Origin: a virus
Strand: one strand, 5' to 3'
IMG/VR virus record: IMGVR_UViG_3300048587_000705
Coordinates: 34,643-98,642 of that record
Length of the DNA stretch: 64,000 nucleotides
Within the stretch, counting starts at the first letter, position 1. Each line of letters begins with the position of its first letter. Of the stretch, positions 21,884 through 32,459 are shown piece by piece. The notes below the pieces were generated by a model. It had not been told where the DNA came from, ran no database searches, and saw only the letters and a list, made by a program, of their open reading frames with translations. Made by a program: the position numbers and the translations under genes.

Positions 21884-24087
21884 TTTGTAGATTTTTTGTA
21901 TCTTTTATTAAAATTCTTCCACTCATCTTCGTATATTCTATCATAGTAATGTATAGCTTTTTCTTTATCAGGCATACCGTTCCAATCATATACATCACTA
22001 AAAGAGATATATCTTCCTTTTTCATCCTCTCCGGCATCTACTCTGTATCTTCCTAAATTAAATTCTCCTTTAAAACTACCATGTCCAAGATTATACATTC
22101 CTTTATATCCAGCCTTATTTTTTGGGAACGCTTCTTCGGCACTATGTTCTCTATCCTTTCCATTAGACTTTAATCCTTTGTATATATCTTCAAATGTACC
22201 ATTATGGTTATATGCCTTTTTGACTTCTGGTGATATAAAGTCTCTAAAAACATCTTCTTTCATACCTGTTCGAGTATAATATTTTATATTCCCATTATCT
22301 GAATCAGTGGTGACAGTTGGTCTGTAAGAACTTTCTATTAAATCTTTATCCTCTATACCTAAAAAATATTGCCCTACATTTCCAAACATGTTTCCCCAAG
22401 TATTTGCTGTTGGAAACTCTTCTTTTTTAACTTTTATTTTAAGTTTTTCTACCTCTTCATCTCTATCCATTCTTCCACCGTCCTGCATCATTCCATGTTT
22501 TTTCTTTATTTCCAGTACACAACGCTCGTATTTTTCCTTGTCGTCCCTACCAACAGACGCGGTGCATATTGCCCAAGGGTTTATTTTTCCACCGTCTTTT
22601 GCTATAAATATATTATTGTTGTCCATATCTTCTGTGGAAGCTATATTGTTCATTAACCAAATTAAATCATCGTCCTTTACATTATCAAAAACCCTTTTTA
22701 TATCCTTATTTGATTTGTATTTTGATTTAGCTTTATTTAAAAAATATTTATTAAATTCTTGTGTTTTTGTATCATATATTTTATCTTCAAATAATTTATA
22801 TCTTAGCGCATCTATTTCAGCTTTAAGCTCTGATGGCATAGAATCATGTGGGTCAGAGGCATTATTTCTTTTATTTATATTTAGTCTCTCATTATCATTT
22901 AGGTTAAGATTAGGTATTTTTGAATTTCCTCGTATTTCCATACTCCCTATCCCATGGGATATTTCATGGGCAGCTATAGTTGATTTATCTGAATTTCTGT
23001 TTTTAATCTCCCCGTTGTCTACATAGGCTTTATTTGTCCTGTATTTATAACTAGAACCATAGTCACCATAATCCCCTCTTTGGATAGTCATTGTATTAAG
23101 ATTATTGAGTCTGTCTTTAATTACTTGTTCTGTATTTTCCCAACCCATTCCCTCTATTCTTTTTTTGTACACAGGGGAATTCAAGTAATCATTATAAAAT
23201 TGAATTTCTTTTTGAAACTCTTTATTTCTTACAAATAATTGTTCTGGGTCGTTAAAATAATCATAATCTACTTGACCTCCCGATTGCATAACACTCGGTT
23301 GTTGCGCAAATGCGTTTGTCCTTTTGTATTCAGGCGCAACATAATTAAAAGCCCCCTGTTGTAACAGACCTACCAAAAAGTTCCTTTCAGCTATCTTTTT
23401 ATCGAGCGCGGTCTTTGCTGTACTTTCCTCGTCCTCTTTACCATTCTCTTGGCCGTTGTCGTCGGGAATATCAGGTAAAGATACAAATGTACGATTTATT
23501 TTTGGTTCTTCATAAAATGTCAAATTTTCGTCAAATATACTGGGCTGTACTGTTTTTTGCTCGGTCAGTGCTTGGTCAGTGTTTTGTGTCGGAGGTACTG
23601 TTTGTTGTGGCTGTGGTTCAAACTGCATTCCCTCAAAGGTCTGTAAAAGGTTACGTGCGTTGTTTATCCTACGGTCGTTGTGTGCGTAATCTTTGTGTGG
23701 CCTTTCATAGTATTTTGATATAACAAGTGCAGCCTCATCAGGAGTGGTAGCTTTTTGTAAATGTTCTAACCCTAACGCTTTTTTATTTTTTAACTCCCAA
23801 TCCACATAATCAAGCTGTTGTTCAAAAGTACTTTGTCTTATAGGTACTCCATAAAGTTGTTGGAACTTTTCCACTCTTTCGGGGGAACCTTTTGCGTTCC
23901 ATTGTGCGAGCCCCATGGAGTTTTCCACCTTATCGTTCTTTCCAGCTTGATGGTTTAGTGAGCTCTCGGCAATAAGGTTTCCTACTATACCCGCTGATTG
24001 TACGGGTGTGTACCCACGTTCCAAAAAGAATTGGTATGCCTGCTTTTTTCGCTCCTGTATCGGTTTTTGTTTGTCACCTAATCTCAT
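21880..24087 (-). CDS. Virion-associated peptidoglycan hydrolase (phage tail lysozyme domain) + zincin-like module
   Basis: N-terminal GYTPVQSAGIVGNLIAESSLN...GLAQWN...YYERP (Phage_lysozyme2-like); internal AHEISH...E.KA. Confidence 0.75.
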   Translation of the reverse strand: MRLGDKQKPIQERKKQAYQFFLERGYTPVQSAGIVGNLIAESSLNHQAGKNDKVENSMGLAQWNAKGSPERVEKFQQLYGVPIRQSTFEQQLDYVDWELKNKKALGLEHLQKATTPDEAALVISKYYERPHKDYAHNDRRINNARNLLQTFEGMQFEPQPQQTVPPTQNTDQALTEQKTVQPSIFDENLTFYEEPKINRTFVSLPDIPDDNGQENGKEDEESTAKTALDKKIAERNFLVGLLQQGAFNYVAPEYKRTNAFAQQPSVMQSGGQVDYDYFNDPEQLFVRNKEFQKEIQFYNDYLNSPVYKKRIEGMGWENTEQVIKDRLNNLNTMTIQRGDYGDYGSSYKYRTNKAYVDNGEIKNRNSDKSTIAAHEISHGIGSMEIRGNSKIPNLNLNDNERLNINKRNNASDPHDSMPSELKAEIDALRYKLFEDKIYDTKTQEFNKYFLNKAKSKYKSNKDIKRVFDNVKDDDLIWLMNNIASTEDMDNNNIFIAKDGGKINPWAICTASVGRDDKEKYERCVLEIKKKHGMMQDGGRMDRDEEVEKLKIKVKKEEFPTANTWGNMFGNVGQYFLGIEDKDLIESSYRPTVTTDSDNGNIKYYTRTGMKEDVFRDFISPEVKKAYNHNGTFEDIYKGLKSNGKDREHSAEEAFPKNKAGYKGMYNLGHGSFKGEFNLGRYRVDAGEDEKGRYISFSDVYDWNGMPDKEKAIHYYDRIYEDEWKNFNKRYKKSTK

Positions 24088-27000
24088 TATTCCAAGTATA
24101 GATTTTCTTTTGTAAACCCGAGCCTGAACATCTTTTTGTGGCGGGTATCCTTGGATTTAAAGTTTATTAAAAATTCCATCCCGCGCAATCTTTCAAGTGT
24201 CCTCTTGCCGTAGAAGCTCACCGCCTGTTGGTTTATGTGCTTTTGTATCTCGTTCTCGTCGTAGGTAAACAACGGTACGTTATTGTTCTGGTCCTTTGTG
24301 CGGTTATAGAAATAGTTTACGTTCCACACCCCTTCATCGTTTACCTGTAATATTCTTTGTTGGTTCCCCTCAGTAATAGGGTACTTGGATATCTGCGACA
24401 AAGATTTCTGTTTGTCAAGGACAAGGTTTCCGCTTATGTTCGTATTGTTATAAATATACATTTCGTCAAACCCCACTTCCTGTGTCTCGGAATAATCATA
24501 GTCGTTGTGGTATCTCAGGGATTCCATGATATAGGACGTATACTCAAGGAAACGTTTTGACCCCTTGTTCTGTATCGGAACCTCTATCTCCCAATCGTAT
24601 GCCTTTCCGTAGAACACTTGGAAACTCCTGTTGGTAAGTAGGTGGCTCCAAAGACCTTCCTCACTACTGTCATCGTTCGTGGAGTAGTTTACTCCCGATT
24701 GGAAATAGTTGTTCTGTGCCAGATAGTAGTTTGGTTTGAAGTCAAAATAGCTTGCCCACTTACCTGTCTGGAAGTTAAAGGATATGGTCCAAGATACGTC
24801 CTTAAAGTAATTGGTATCTGTGAGTAACACCTCCGGTAGATCCACAAACAGTGCCTCTTGTTCCCCACTACTACCAGCCCTTATTATATTGGTGAGCTCC
24901 TGTCCAAAGGTCTCCGAGGTAAATACTGACGACGCGGGACTTTTTTTGTTGTAGACACCTTTCCACCCGAGTGCATTTAATGGCGTGTATATAGAACTGT
25001 CTGGCATCACTGCGTTGAAATAAGGATTCTCCGAGAGTATTGCCGTAACATCCACCTGCGGATCAAATTCGGCAAGTTCTGTTGGTGTCAATATCTTTCC
25101 CTCTATAGCGGCAATTCCCTGTAGGACAAGATTATCGGTCGGACCTCCTTTTGGTATAGGGTACAGTATGTTTTTCAGAAAAGTAAATTCCTGTAAGCCT
25201 ACTTTGTACATTAAATAATCATCTTTGAATTTGTTGGTAGGTTGCCCTAAGAAATCGTTGGGGATTGAGTTATGGTAATCGGGTTGCACCTCGTCTACAA
25301 AACACAACTGTACCGCACTATCCTCTGGTGTCCATAAAGGGTTGGGGTCATCATTCCCAAGAGAAAAATTGGGTGGCAGTATAGCAAATGCCATATAATT
25401 GTCCCCCGGCCTATCGGGGTTGTTGCCTACCAAGGAGCTTGACCCTCTTCTCAAGAGTATATGTAGTGTAAGGTATGCTTCAGTCAAGATTGGAAGGATA
25501 TACAGATTGCCATCAAACGAGGGGTTATCCTCTTGATATGATGTAAACCAATCTGTTAATGCCCCCGAAGCGGCCTCTACATCTCCTATTCCCATAGATG
25601 TAACGTCAAAGAAAGTATATATATTTGTAGTGCTTGGTAATACACCCTCCTTTATAAACTTTATCCTACATTTCTCTATTGACTCATATGTCCATCCCTC
25701 ACCCTCATATTGGGACACAAGGGGGGTTATTATTTCATCGGATACGTTGTAGAACTTTCCGTCCCTATAGCACAACTCTATATTTTTATCTATCAACTTG
25801 TAGTCGCGCTTGGTCAAAAACAGTCTTTCATATTTGCTGTCCCAACCCATTGCTATCCCTATACCTTTATAGGCGTTATCGGTGTCTATATCCTCGGGAT
25901 TTCCTATCTGGTTGTTCTTTTTTATCTTGAACGGCAGATGTTCCTTGAACCACCTTTTCATGTTGGTTGGTTGGTTGCCCGCAGACTTTGATATCTCCTG
26001 TAACCCGTTTCCTCCCGGTGGCAATAAGAACACCTGTCCTCTTTCGGCATCCACCCATATATGCCCATATTCACAGCTCACTATTGTCCTGTTCTGTGTT
26101 CCGCCATACCCAAGTCCTGTGGTGTTGAAATCTATAGGTCTTTGGTTAAGTAACCTGTTCTCTCCAGCTACCCTTGACTCGGGTGTCATCCTCTCACTGT
26201 TCTCCAACGCGTTGAGTATGGTGAACGCCTTTTCAAAACGTGCCAGTATCTGCTCGGACTCTATCGTGTCCAATGATACAAGACCCCCATTCGATGACTT
26301 GAACTTAAAAAAATTGTTGGGCTTATATATCAGCCAAGGATCTGTAAACCCATATTCGCTGTTGTCGGGCTCGGACGCTATTATCGTACCGTCACCTTTT
26401 GCTATCTTTTCATAAGTATCCTTATCATAGGTAGATGGTAATATCGTATAGGGGTGGCTCTCTATATTCTTTGAATAGGCGTTGTTGTAAAAAAGTGTAT
26501 TTGGCGTCCTTATAGGTCTGTCTACTTGTTCTGTCAGTCTTATATAATCCTGTTCCTGCGGGTAAAAACTGTTCAGCAAGCCTTCCTTTGCATACCTGTT
26601 GTTACAGTTTATCTCGCTTTCCACAAGATAGGATGCTATACCATGACTGTATAGGTAAAACTTGGCGGGAGGTTTTATATAAAACCCGTTCTGTCCACGT
26701 AAGCAGTCAAAATTATACTTTGAATCTAAGTCGGGGAAAAGTATGTCACCAAAATTGGTATCCGAGCCAAATTCATAATCACAGTAGTACGTAGGTCTTG
26801 TGCCCAGATTACTGTACTTCTCATAGTCAAACGGTGTAAGTGATGCTTGCCCCATAGCCGTTGTCAAGAAAAACGGTATCTTACGTATTTCTGCAAATCT
26901 GGATATAAAGACGTCCCCACCGAATATTCTTGGTGTTGTGTTCGGGCTTTTCAGGTTCCCATTATAAGAAGTCGTGAGCCATACCACACTATCTATCGTA

Positions 27001-30000
27001 CCATATTGTGCGGGGACATAATTTTTAAGGGAAAAATAGGGGGATGCAACATTTTTTATATATTCTTCTGATTTTCCCTCTGGGCAATTCTCCTCTCCCG
27101 CCGTAAACCTACTCGAAGAGCTATAATTTCTTTCATTATTATCGTAGTTTATATACTCGCTTGGATACTCTATGTGTATCGGTTGGTCATTATCATCATA
27201 TCCAAAAGAAATATACAAGCTCTGTTCCCTATCTATGTTGTTTATGTGGGATATGTTTCCCTGTTTATCGGTTATGTTGTTTATACCGCTGTTTATCTTT
27301 CCTATCCCGGATATCCCTCTTAACCTTTGTTCGGGCTGGTGCTCGTTGAGCATGTAATTGTAGTGTCCTACCCCTGTGTTGCGTGAGGCAAAATTATACG
27401 GTGTCCCAAGGTCCTTTATCGTTTTTAACCATTGTAGCCTATACTGCCCTACTTTTACAAAAGCGTTCGCTATAACAGCTATCGCACGGAGTATGTACAG
27501 TATTATACCCGCCACGTTCAGGGAGACCACAAAGCCAAAGTCGAGTCGGAATACCTCCATACTCTCCGTAAGGCCGAGCGCCACCTCTATCACACCCTCT
27601 ATAACGGCTAGTTTTGTAGCGGTCTTTTTTGCGTCCTTGCCCAATATTACCCATTTGGGGTGATCCTTTACTTCGGTAATAGTGTTCGTTGAGTCGCCAA
27701 AAAGGTACCCTTCTATGTTCACCTCGGTGGGGTTAAGTTGTATGTTGCTGTATATGTCTGGTGACATAAACATAAACTTGTGGTTCTTTTCACTGTTAAA
27801 AGGATGTTCCAATGGGTCGTCACTGTTGTCCTTGAAATATTTGTTCTTTCCGAGGTCGTTAAATGGAAAATTGGAGTACTCTACATCTTTTCCTTTTTCT
27901 GTATATTTCATACTATCAAAGGCCACTCCTTTTGCCTGTATACTTTTGTTGCCGACCCTGTTACCGTACATTATCTCGTACCCCACTATGGAATCCCTTT
28001 GTGCTTGGGTTATCAAAGAATTGTTAACAGCTATATCCAAAAAAGAGTTTATAATATTCTCGTCTATGGTCATACCTATGGGGTACACTATCGAGTCGGT
28101 AAACGGTGCCATCTCTATAGGTGATATGAAAGGGGATACCGCTGAATCTGGATACTTAAAATGTCTTATCGGCTGACATATAAAATTTGAATCTTTTAAA
28201 GTGTATATTTCCGCAGTTCCTGTTGTGTATGTTTCCTCAAACTCGTCCACTATGCTCTCTGGAATGTCATCTGGCGTTATTATAAGTCCAGAAGAATCAT
28301 ACAGTTGTGTGTTGTCTGGATATGTCTCTATACTCTCCCAATAGGAAAACTTACCTGTCTCAAATGATTGTGGTGCACAGTCATTTGGTTGTGGCACTTC
28401 ATACATACAGGTGGCAACATATTTTTGGCTCTTGTTAATCCCTATACTATCAAATGTCACCCGTACCTCTGAAAACTCTATTGGGCGGGTAAAAATAGAA
28501 AAGCAGTCCCAAGGGGGTACTGTCATATAAATATCTGGTTCTATATCTCCAGAAAAAGAAACAGAATTATATATAGGTGCTTCAACCGAAACTAAAAAAC
28601 TTTTTCTTGTAAGCGGTAGGTAATCAGGACTGAGTGTGTCTTCCGTATCAAATATTTGAAATATTCCATCATCTTTTTCAAATATATACGTTCTAATAGG
28701 TTCTCGTGAACTGCAATTGTCCCATATACTTACCCTCAAAGACGATTCCACTTTTAAAACCGCTTGTATTTGCCGAACTATGTCCAATCTTCTGGCAAAA
28801 GTCTCTCCATTTTGTGGAACTTCATACCAAGGCTTTTTTGTAAGGGGTGTCATGTCAAATACAAACCTTGGCTCATCTGGTTGTACAAATCCTTTGAACC
28901 ATATTGCTCCCTTATGTAGCCCCGGATACCATCCATTGGCACTTGGCCCCAATACTACAGTGCCATTTAAATCTCCTGTTAGATTTATTATCGTAATAGT
29001 AGATGACGATGATATAAATGTAAGTGTCTCCCCATCAGCCGTAACAGTGATATCAAGCGCGTCCAATGCAGCAGCGTGGTCAGTTACAAAATCTGTAGCT
29101 GTCTGTGTAAGCGACGTGTTGAAAGTAGAAAGGTAGTCTACGCCTCCTACATTGATGTTGGCCGTTCCAGATGTTCCTGTTAAGGTTACAGAATTACTTA
29201 CCGTAAAAGTATAGCTTGTATCATAAAGGTCTGCCAGCACTATCTCATCCCCCTCTCCCGGCTCCGTTTCAGGTAAAGTGCCATATATCGCTAAATGATA
29301 AGCCTGTCCTACTATATCTTCATCAACTTTATGTACTATTTCTTCCGCGTAGTTACACTTTTCTTGGAATTCTGTCGAGACTCTTACTCCTAAAAATAGC
29401 GTCTCCGTTGTTGTTGTAGGATCTAACCACCTGTTTGGAATAAGAAGGTCTATACGTTCATCCTGTATAACTTGTCCGTCATCACCATATTCGTTTACAT
29501 AACAGTATTCTGGTGGGGTGGATGGTATGTATTCTTCGATTTCTTTTTCTATAAACATCGCGACCTCTCCCTCTACACCATTTATTGATAGTTTTGGGTC
29601 ACCATCCTTTTCTGGGTATTCACATGTGTCGGGAAATAATGTTTCCGATACCTCGCCGTCAAGGTCGCCTGTCAAGGTGGTAATAGTTATAACCGTTGGG
29701 TACATACCTTTAAAGGCGAGTATTCCCACATCTGCCGTTACCGTCACACCCTCTATTAATAATGCGGCGGCGTGCGTTGTTACAAAATTGTCCGCCGTAG
29801 TGGTGAGGTCGGACGCGAACGTTACGAGATAATCAACTCCCTCTACGTTAATATTGGCCGTACCTGATGTACCTTCTAATTCCACGAGCCTGTCCACGTC
29901 GGGGCAGTCTGGGTATGTGGTGTTAAGATATTCCTGTATAAGGAGTATAGTGGTGTCCCCTCCATTGTAATAGTATATATACTCGTAATTGTCGTTTATA

Positions 30001-31580
30001 AAACTTTCAAGGTCAATATATTCCTCAAATTCTTCAAGATTTATAATAAGCAATTCTCCTGCGCCGGGTATCTGCCCTATATTTTCCTGTATACAGTATT
30101 TTGTCGATTGCCTGTAAGCTTGTATACCACTTCCGTCATAGGAGTCAAGTATTCCCTCATTTGTAGCAGTATTGTAGAACTGCCATCTTTTTGTGCGTTC
30201 GGTGGCTTCACAGCCTATATTGTTCCTCAGTACGCTCTGTGTCTCATCGTTATCTACTTCTTCCAGTTCGTCCGTTGTAGGGGGGCGGGATATGAGTGGG
30301 TAGACAGGTGTGGTGTACCTATCAGATGTCTTGAACCTTATTCCGTGGGGATATACCTCGTCCCGCATCCTGCTTTTGTACTTGGCACTAAGGACACCGT
30401 TCTCGTACAACTTTTCACTTGCCTCCACCGTGAGCCATTTTGCAAAAGTACCCATAAAGTTTACAACGGGCTGTAGGTTCCAATCGACCTCCTGTTGTAC
30501 ATTGGCTTGGTAAAGTTTGTTGTTGGACTCGGTAAATATACCTGCTTTTCTATATACGGGAAATACTTGGTTGAGAGTCGTTATATCAAACCTTTGTTTA
30601 TTGTCCTCTGTTGTGAATATCACCGTACCGTCGGTTGTACCATGTATACCCTCTACAAAATATTGCGTGGCTTGGTCGGTGGTCATCGTTACCACCACTT
30701 TATAATACCTAAAGTCCTTGTCAAGGTTGGATACGTTCAGTTTTATCGCATAAGAAGTCCTTTCAGAAAGTTCTGTCTGTGATAGTACGTTGTTCTCCTT
30801 GTCAAATATATGTATAGGCTGTGTGAAGGAATGGTACTCAGTTAGTTCGACACCCTCTTTATTACAATATGCGCCCGCGAACTCGTATACGGCCCTTCTA
30901 AGGTTTCCCCCAGATTGTAGTGTGTCTGGCTCTATCACCATATGCTCACTTTGGGCGAACATCCTTAATTTGTCGCAATCAAGACAGGTCTCCTCTGTAT
31001 GGTCCTCCCCGCACACTATGTCTCCCGTATATTTGTACTCGTCCAACCTGTTTAGGTCAAGATACCTCTGCACGTTATAATTGTCTGTCCAATATATCCG
31101 TGTGCCAGTGACCTCCTCCTTTATCACTATAAAATGTATCGGATGGTCTATAGAGAAGTTCAGGCATCCGTTGCAACTGTCCTCTATAAGTGTCGTAAAG
31201 GTATGCGTAGGTGTCTGTACGGTATCTTCCAAGGGTTCTGAAAGGACGTTCTTTATGTTGCAGTCTCCACAATCCATTTGGATATCATCCTCGTTCTCTA
31301 TATATTGCAGGTTGGATATGGATGCTATCTCCGAATACCCCGTTGTGGGGTTGGTCAAGAAAAAGTAGGTAATATCTTTGTTGTTATGGTTCTTTAGACC
31401 TATGACCTTGTACCCCGGTCTTTTGGCGGTCAGTATGTTGGAATGCTCGCTCTGTAAAAACCCCTCGACAACGTTTGTGTTTCGGGCAAGCCTGTACTCT
31501 TCCTGACGTAGGGCAGATATATGCCCGTCACGGTTCATTCCTATTTTGCCTATGGATGTGGAAAATTCTTTTTTGGCCAT
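24087..31580 (-). CDS. Tail stabilisation/muzzle protein (P22 gp10-like in crAss-like phages) with inserted domains
   Basis: 2497 aa. GMNRD...YRLARN N-terminus, IYWTDNYNVQRYLDL, FGGDVFISRF, WTISF...WASYFDFKP; follows the ring gene. Confidence 0.75.
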   Translation of the reverse strand: MAKKEFSTSIGKIGMNRDGHISALRQEEYRLARNTNVVEGFLQSEHSNILTAKRPGYKVIGLKNHNNKDITYFFLTNPTTGYSEIASISNLQYIENEDDIQMDCGDCNIKNVLSEPLEDTVQTPTHTFTTLIEDSCNGCLNFSIDHPIHFIVIKEEVTGTRIYWTDNYNVQRYLDLNRLDEYKYTGDIVCGEDHTEETCLDCDKLRMFAQSEHMVIEPDTLQSGGNLRRAVYEFAGAYCNKEGVELTEYHSFTQPIHIFDKENNVLSQTELSERTSYAIKLNVSNLDKDFRYYKVVVTMTTDQATQYFVEGIHGTTDGTVIFTTEDNKQRFDITTLNQVFPVYRKAGIFTESNNKLYQANVQQEVDWNLQPVVNFMGTFAKWLTVEASEKLYENGVLSAKYKSRMRDEVYPHGIRFKTSDRYTTPVYPLISRPPTTDELEEVDNDETQSVLRNNIGCEATERTKRWQFYNTATNEGILDSYDGSGIQAYRQSTKYCIQENIGQIPGAGELLIINLEEFEEYIDLESFINDNYEYIYYYNGGDTTILLIQEYLNTTYPDCPDVDRLVELEGTSGTANINVEGVDYLVTFASDLTTTADNFVTTHAAALLIEGVTVTADVGILAFKGMYPTVITITTLTGDLDGEVSETLFPDTCEYPEKDGDPKLSINGVEGEVAMFIEKEIEEYIPSTPPEYCYVNEYGDDGQVIQDERIDLLIPNRWLDPTTTTETLFLGVRVSTEFQEKCNYAEEIVHKVDEDIVGQAYHLAIYGTLPETEPGEGDEIVLADLYDTSYTFTVSNSVTLTGTSGTANINVGGVDYLSTFNTSLTQTATDFVTDHAAALDALDITVTADGETLTFISSSSTITIINLTGDLNGTVVLGPSANGWYPGLHKGAIWFKGFVQPDEPRFVFDMTPLTKKPWYEVPQNGETFARRLDIVRQIQAVLKVESSLRVSIWDNCSSREPIRTYIFEKDDGIFQIFDTEDTLSPDYLPLTRKSFLVSVEAPIYNSVSFSGDIEPDIYMTVPPWDCFSIFTRPIEFSEVRVTFDSIGINKSQKYVATCMYEVPQPNDCAPQSFETGKFSYWESIETYPDNTQLYDSSGLIITPDDIPESIVDEFEETYTTGTAEIYTLKDSNFICQPIRHFKYPDSAVSPFISPIEMAPFTDSIVYPIGMTIDENIINSFLDIAVNNSLITQAQRDSIVGYEIMYGNRVGNKSIQAKGVAFDSMKYTEKGKDVEYSNFPFNDLGKNKYFKDNSDDPLEHPFNSEKNHKFMFMSPDIYSNIQLNPTEVNIEGYLFGDSTNTITEVKDHPKWVILGKDAKKTATKLAVIEGVIEVALGLTESMEVFRLDFGFVVSLNVAGIILYILRAIAVIANAFVKVGQYRLQWLKTIKDLGTPYNFASRNTGVGHYNYMLNEHQPEQRLRGISGIGKINSGINNITDKQGNISHINNIDREQSLYISFGYDDNDQPIHIEYPSEYINYDNNERNYSSSSRFTAGEENCPEGKSEEYIKNVASPYFSLKNYVPAQYGTIDSVVWLTTSYNGNLKSPNTTPRIFGGDVFISRFAEIRKIPFFLTTAMGQASLTPFDYEKYSNLGTRPTYYCDYEFGSDTNFGDILFPDLDSKYNFDCLRGQNGFYIKPPAKFYLYSHGIASYLVESEINCNNRYAKEGLLNSFYPQEQDYIRLTEQVDRPIRTPNTLFYNNAYSKNIESHPYTILPSTYDKDTYEKIAKGDGTIIASEPDNSEYGFTDPWLIYKPNNFFKFKSSNGGLVSLDTIESEQILARFEKAFTILNALENSERMTPESRVAGENRLLNQRPIDFNTTGLGYGGTQNRTIVSCEYGHIWVDAERGQVFLLPPGGNGLQEISKSAGNQPTNMKRWFKEHLPFKIKKNNQIGNPEDIDTDNAYKGIGIAMGWDSKYERLFLTKRDYKLIDKNIELCYRDGKFYNVSDEIITPLVSQYEGEGWTYESIEKCRIKFIKEGVLPSTTNIYTFFDVTSMGIGDVEAASGALTDWFTSYQEDNPSFDGNLYILPILTEAYLTLHILLRRGSSSLVGNNPDRPGDNYMAFAILPPNFSLGNDDPNPLWTPEDSAVQLCFVDEVQPDYHNSIPNDFLGQPTNKFKDDYLMYKVGLQEFTFLKNILYPIPKGGPTDNLVLQGIAAIEGKILTPTELAEFDPQVDVTAILSENPYFNAVMPDSSIYTPLNALGWKGVYNKKSPASSVFTSETFGQELTNIIRAGSSGEQEALFVDLPEVLLTDTNYFKDVSWTISFNFQTGKWASYFDFKPNYYLAQNNYFQSGVNYSTNDDSSEEGLWSHLLTNRSFQVFYGKAYDWEIEVPIQNKGSKRFLEYTSYIMESLRYHNDYDYSETQEVGFDEMYIYNNTNISGNLVLDKQKSLSQISKYPITEGNQQRILQVNDEGVWNVNYFYNRTKDQNNNVPLFTYDENEIQKHINQQAVSFYGKRTLERLRGMEFLINFKSKDTRHKKMFRLGFTKENLYLE

Positions 31581-31592
31581 CTAATGGTGCTG

Positions 31593-32459
31593 TTATCGGG
31601 GGAACATGTTGGAAACAGCGGTGTACTTGTATCTGTTCCTTTTTTTGAGTTCTTGGAAAGTGTCCTTTGTAAGGGTCTCCATTTTTGTCTCGGTCATCGC
31701 AAGGGAAAAGAGTTCCTGTTGTTTTTGGTCGAGGTATTGTATCTTATTGGTTATGTTGGGGTCATCATTGTTGAGCCATATGTCCCTTGCCACCCTATAC
31801 TCAAGATAGGCAATTATGTACTCCTTTAACCTGTCATGTTGTGTGGTGGGAACGTACATCTCGCCGTTTTCATCCATTGGAAGTGCCTTGTATATCACAT
31901 ATATGTACCCCTCCCTAAAATCGCATTGTATATAATCACCAAGTATGTTTATCTCGTTGTACCTTTTTTCGGTGAGTTTGTGTGGGAGGTTGGCGCAGTC
32001 CGTCTCCACCGCCTTTCTGTTGAAACCTTTTGTAAGTTTTAGGATTTGGGGGTTGGAATAGTGTAGTGTTACCCTTATGTCGTTTATATAATAGTCCTCT
32101 TTAACGGTGTTCTTTACCGTTGTGGTCACAAGATTTCCGTCCACAAAGGTCTGTGTCTTGTCTGTTGTGTTTATCCAAAAAGCGGTCTTTTTTATAAATT
32201 CTTTGTCCTTTTCATCGCACTCGTAGTGTGATGGACTATATTTTACCGCGGCCTTTAACTTCCAAAAATCATCCGGGAGCTTTCCTTTGCCATTCCTTAC
32301 ATGCACCACATCATCGGTGTAAACCATTATATTATTACCGAATCTTTTTAGCTCGGACTTCATCCACCTCTCCATTGATATTTCGTCCAGAAGGCTTTCC
32401 GAATCGTACGCCTTGAATGTATTCTTTACCTCGGCGAATATTTGTTGCTGTGTGGTCAT
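31593..32459 (-). CDS. Tail tubular/ring protein
   Basis: 288 aa, LPDDFWKL and YIQCDFREGYIYVIYKALPMDENG motifs; directly upstream of the muzzle gene. Confidence 0.7.
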   Translation of the reverse strand: MTTQQQIFAEVKNTFKAYDSESLLDEISMERWMKSELKRFGNNIMVYTDDVVHVRNGKGKLPDDFWKLKAAVKYSPSHYECDEKDKEFIKKTAFWINTTDKTQTFVDGNLVTTTVKNTVKEDYYINDIRVTLHYSNPQILKLTKGFNRKAVETDCANLPHKLTEKRYNEINILGDYIQCDFREGYIYVIYKALPMDENGEMYVPTTQHDRLKEYIIAYLEYRVARDIWLNNDDPNITNKIQYLDQKQQELFSLAMTETKMETLTKDTFQELKKRNRYKYTAVSNMFPR

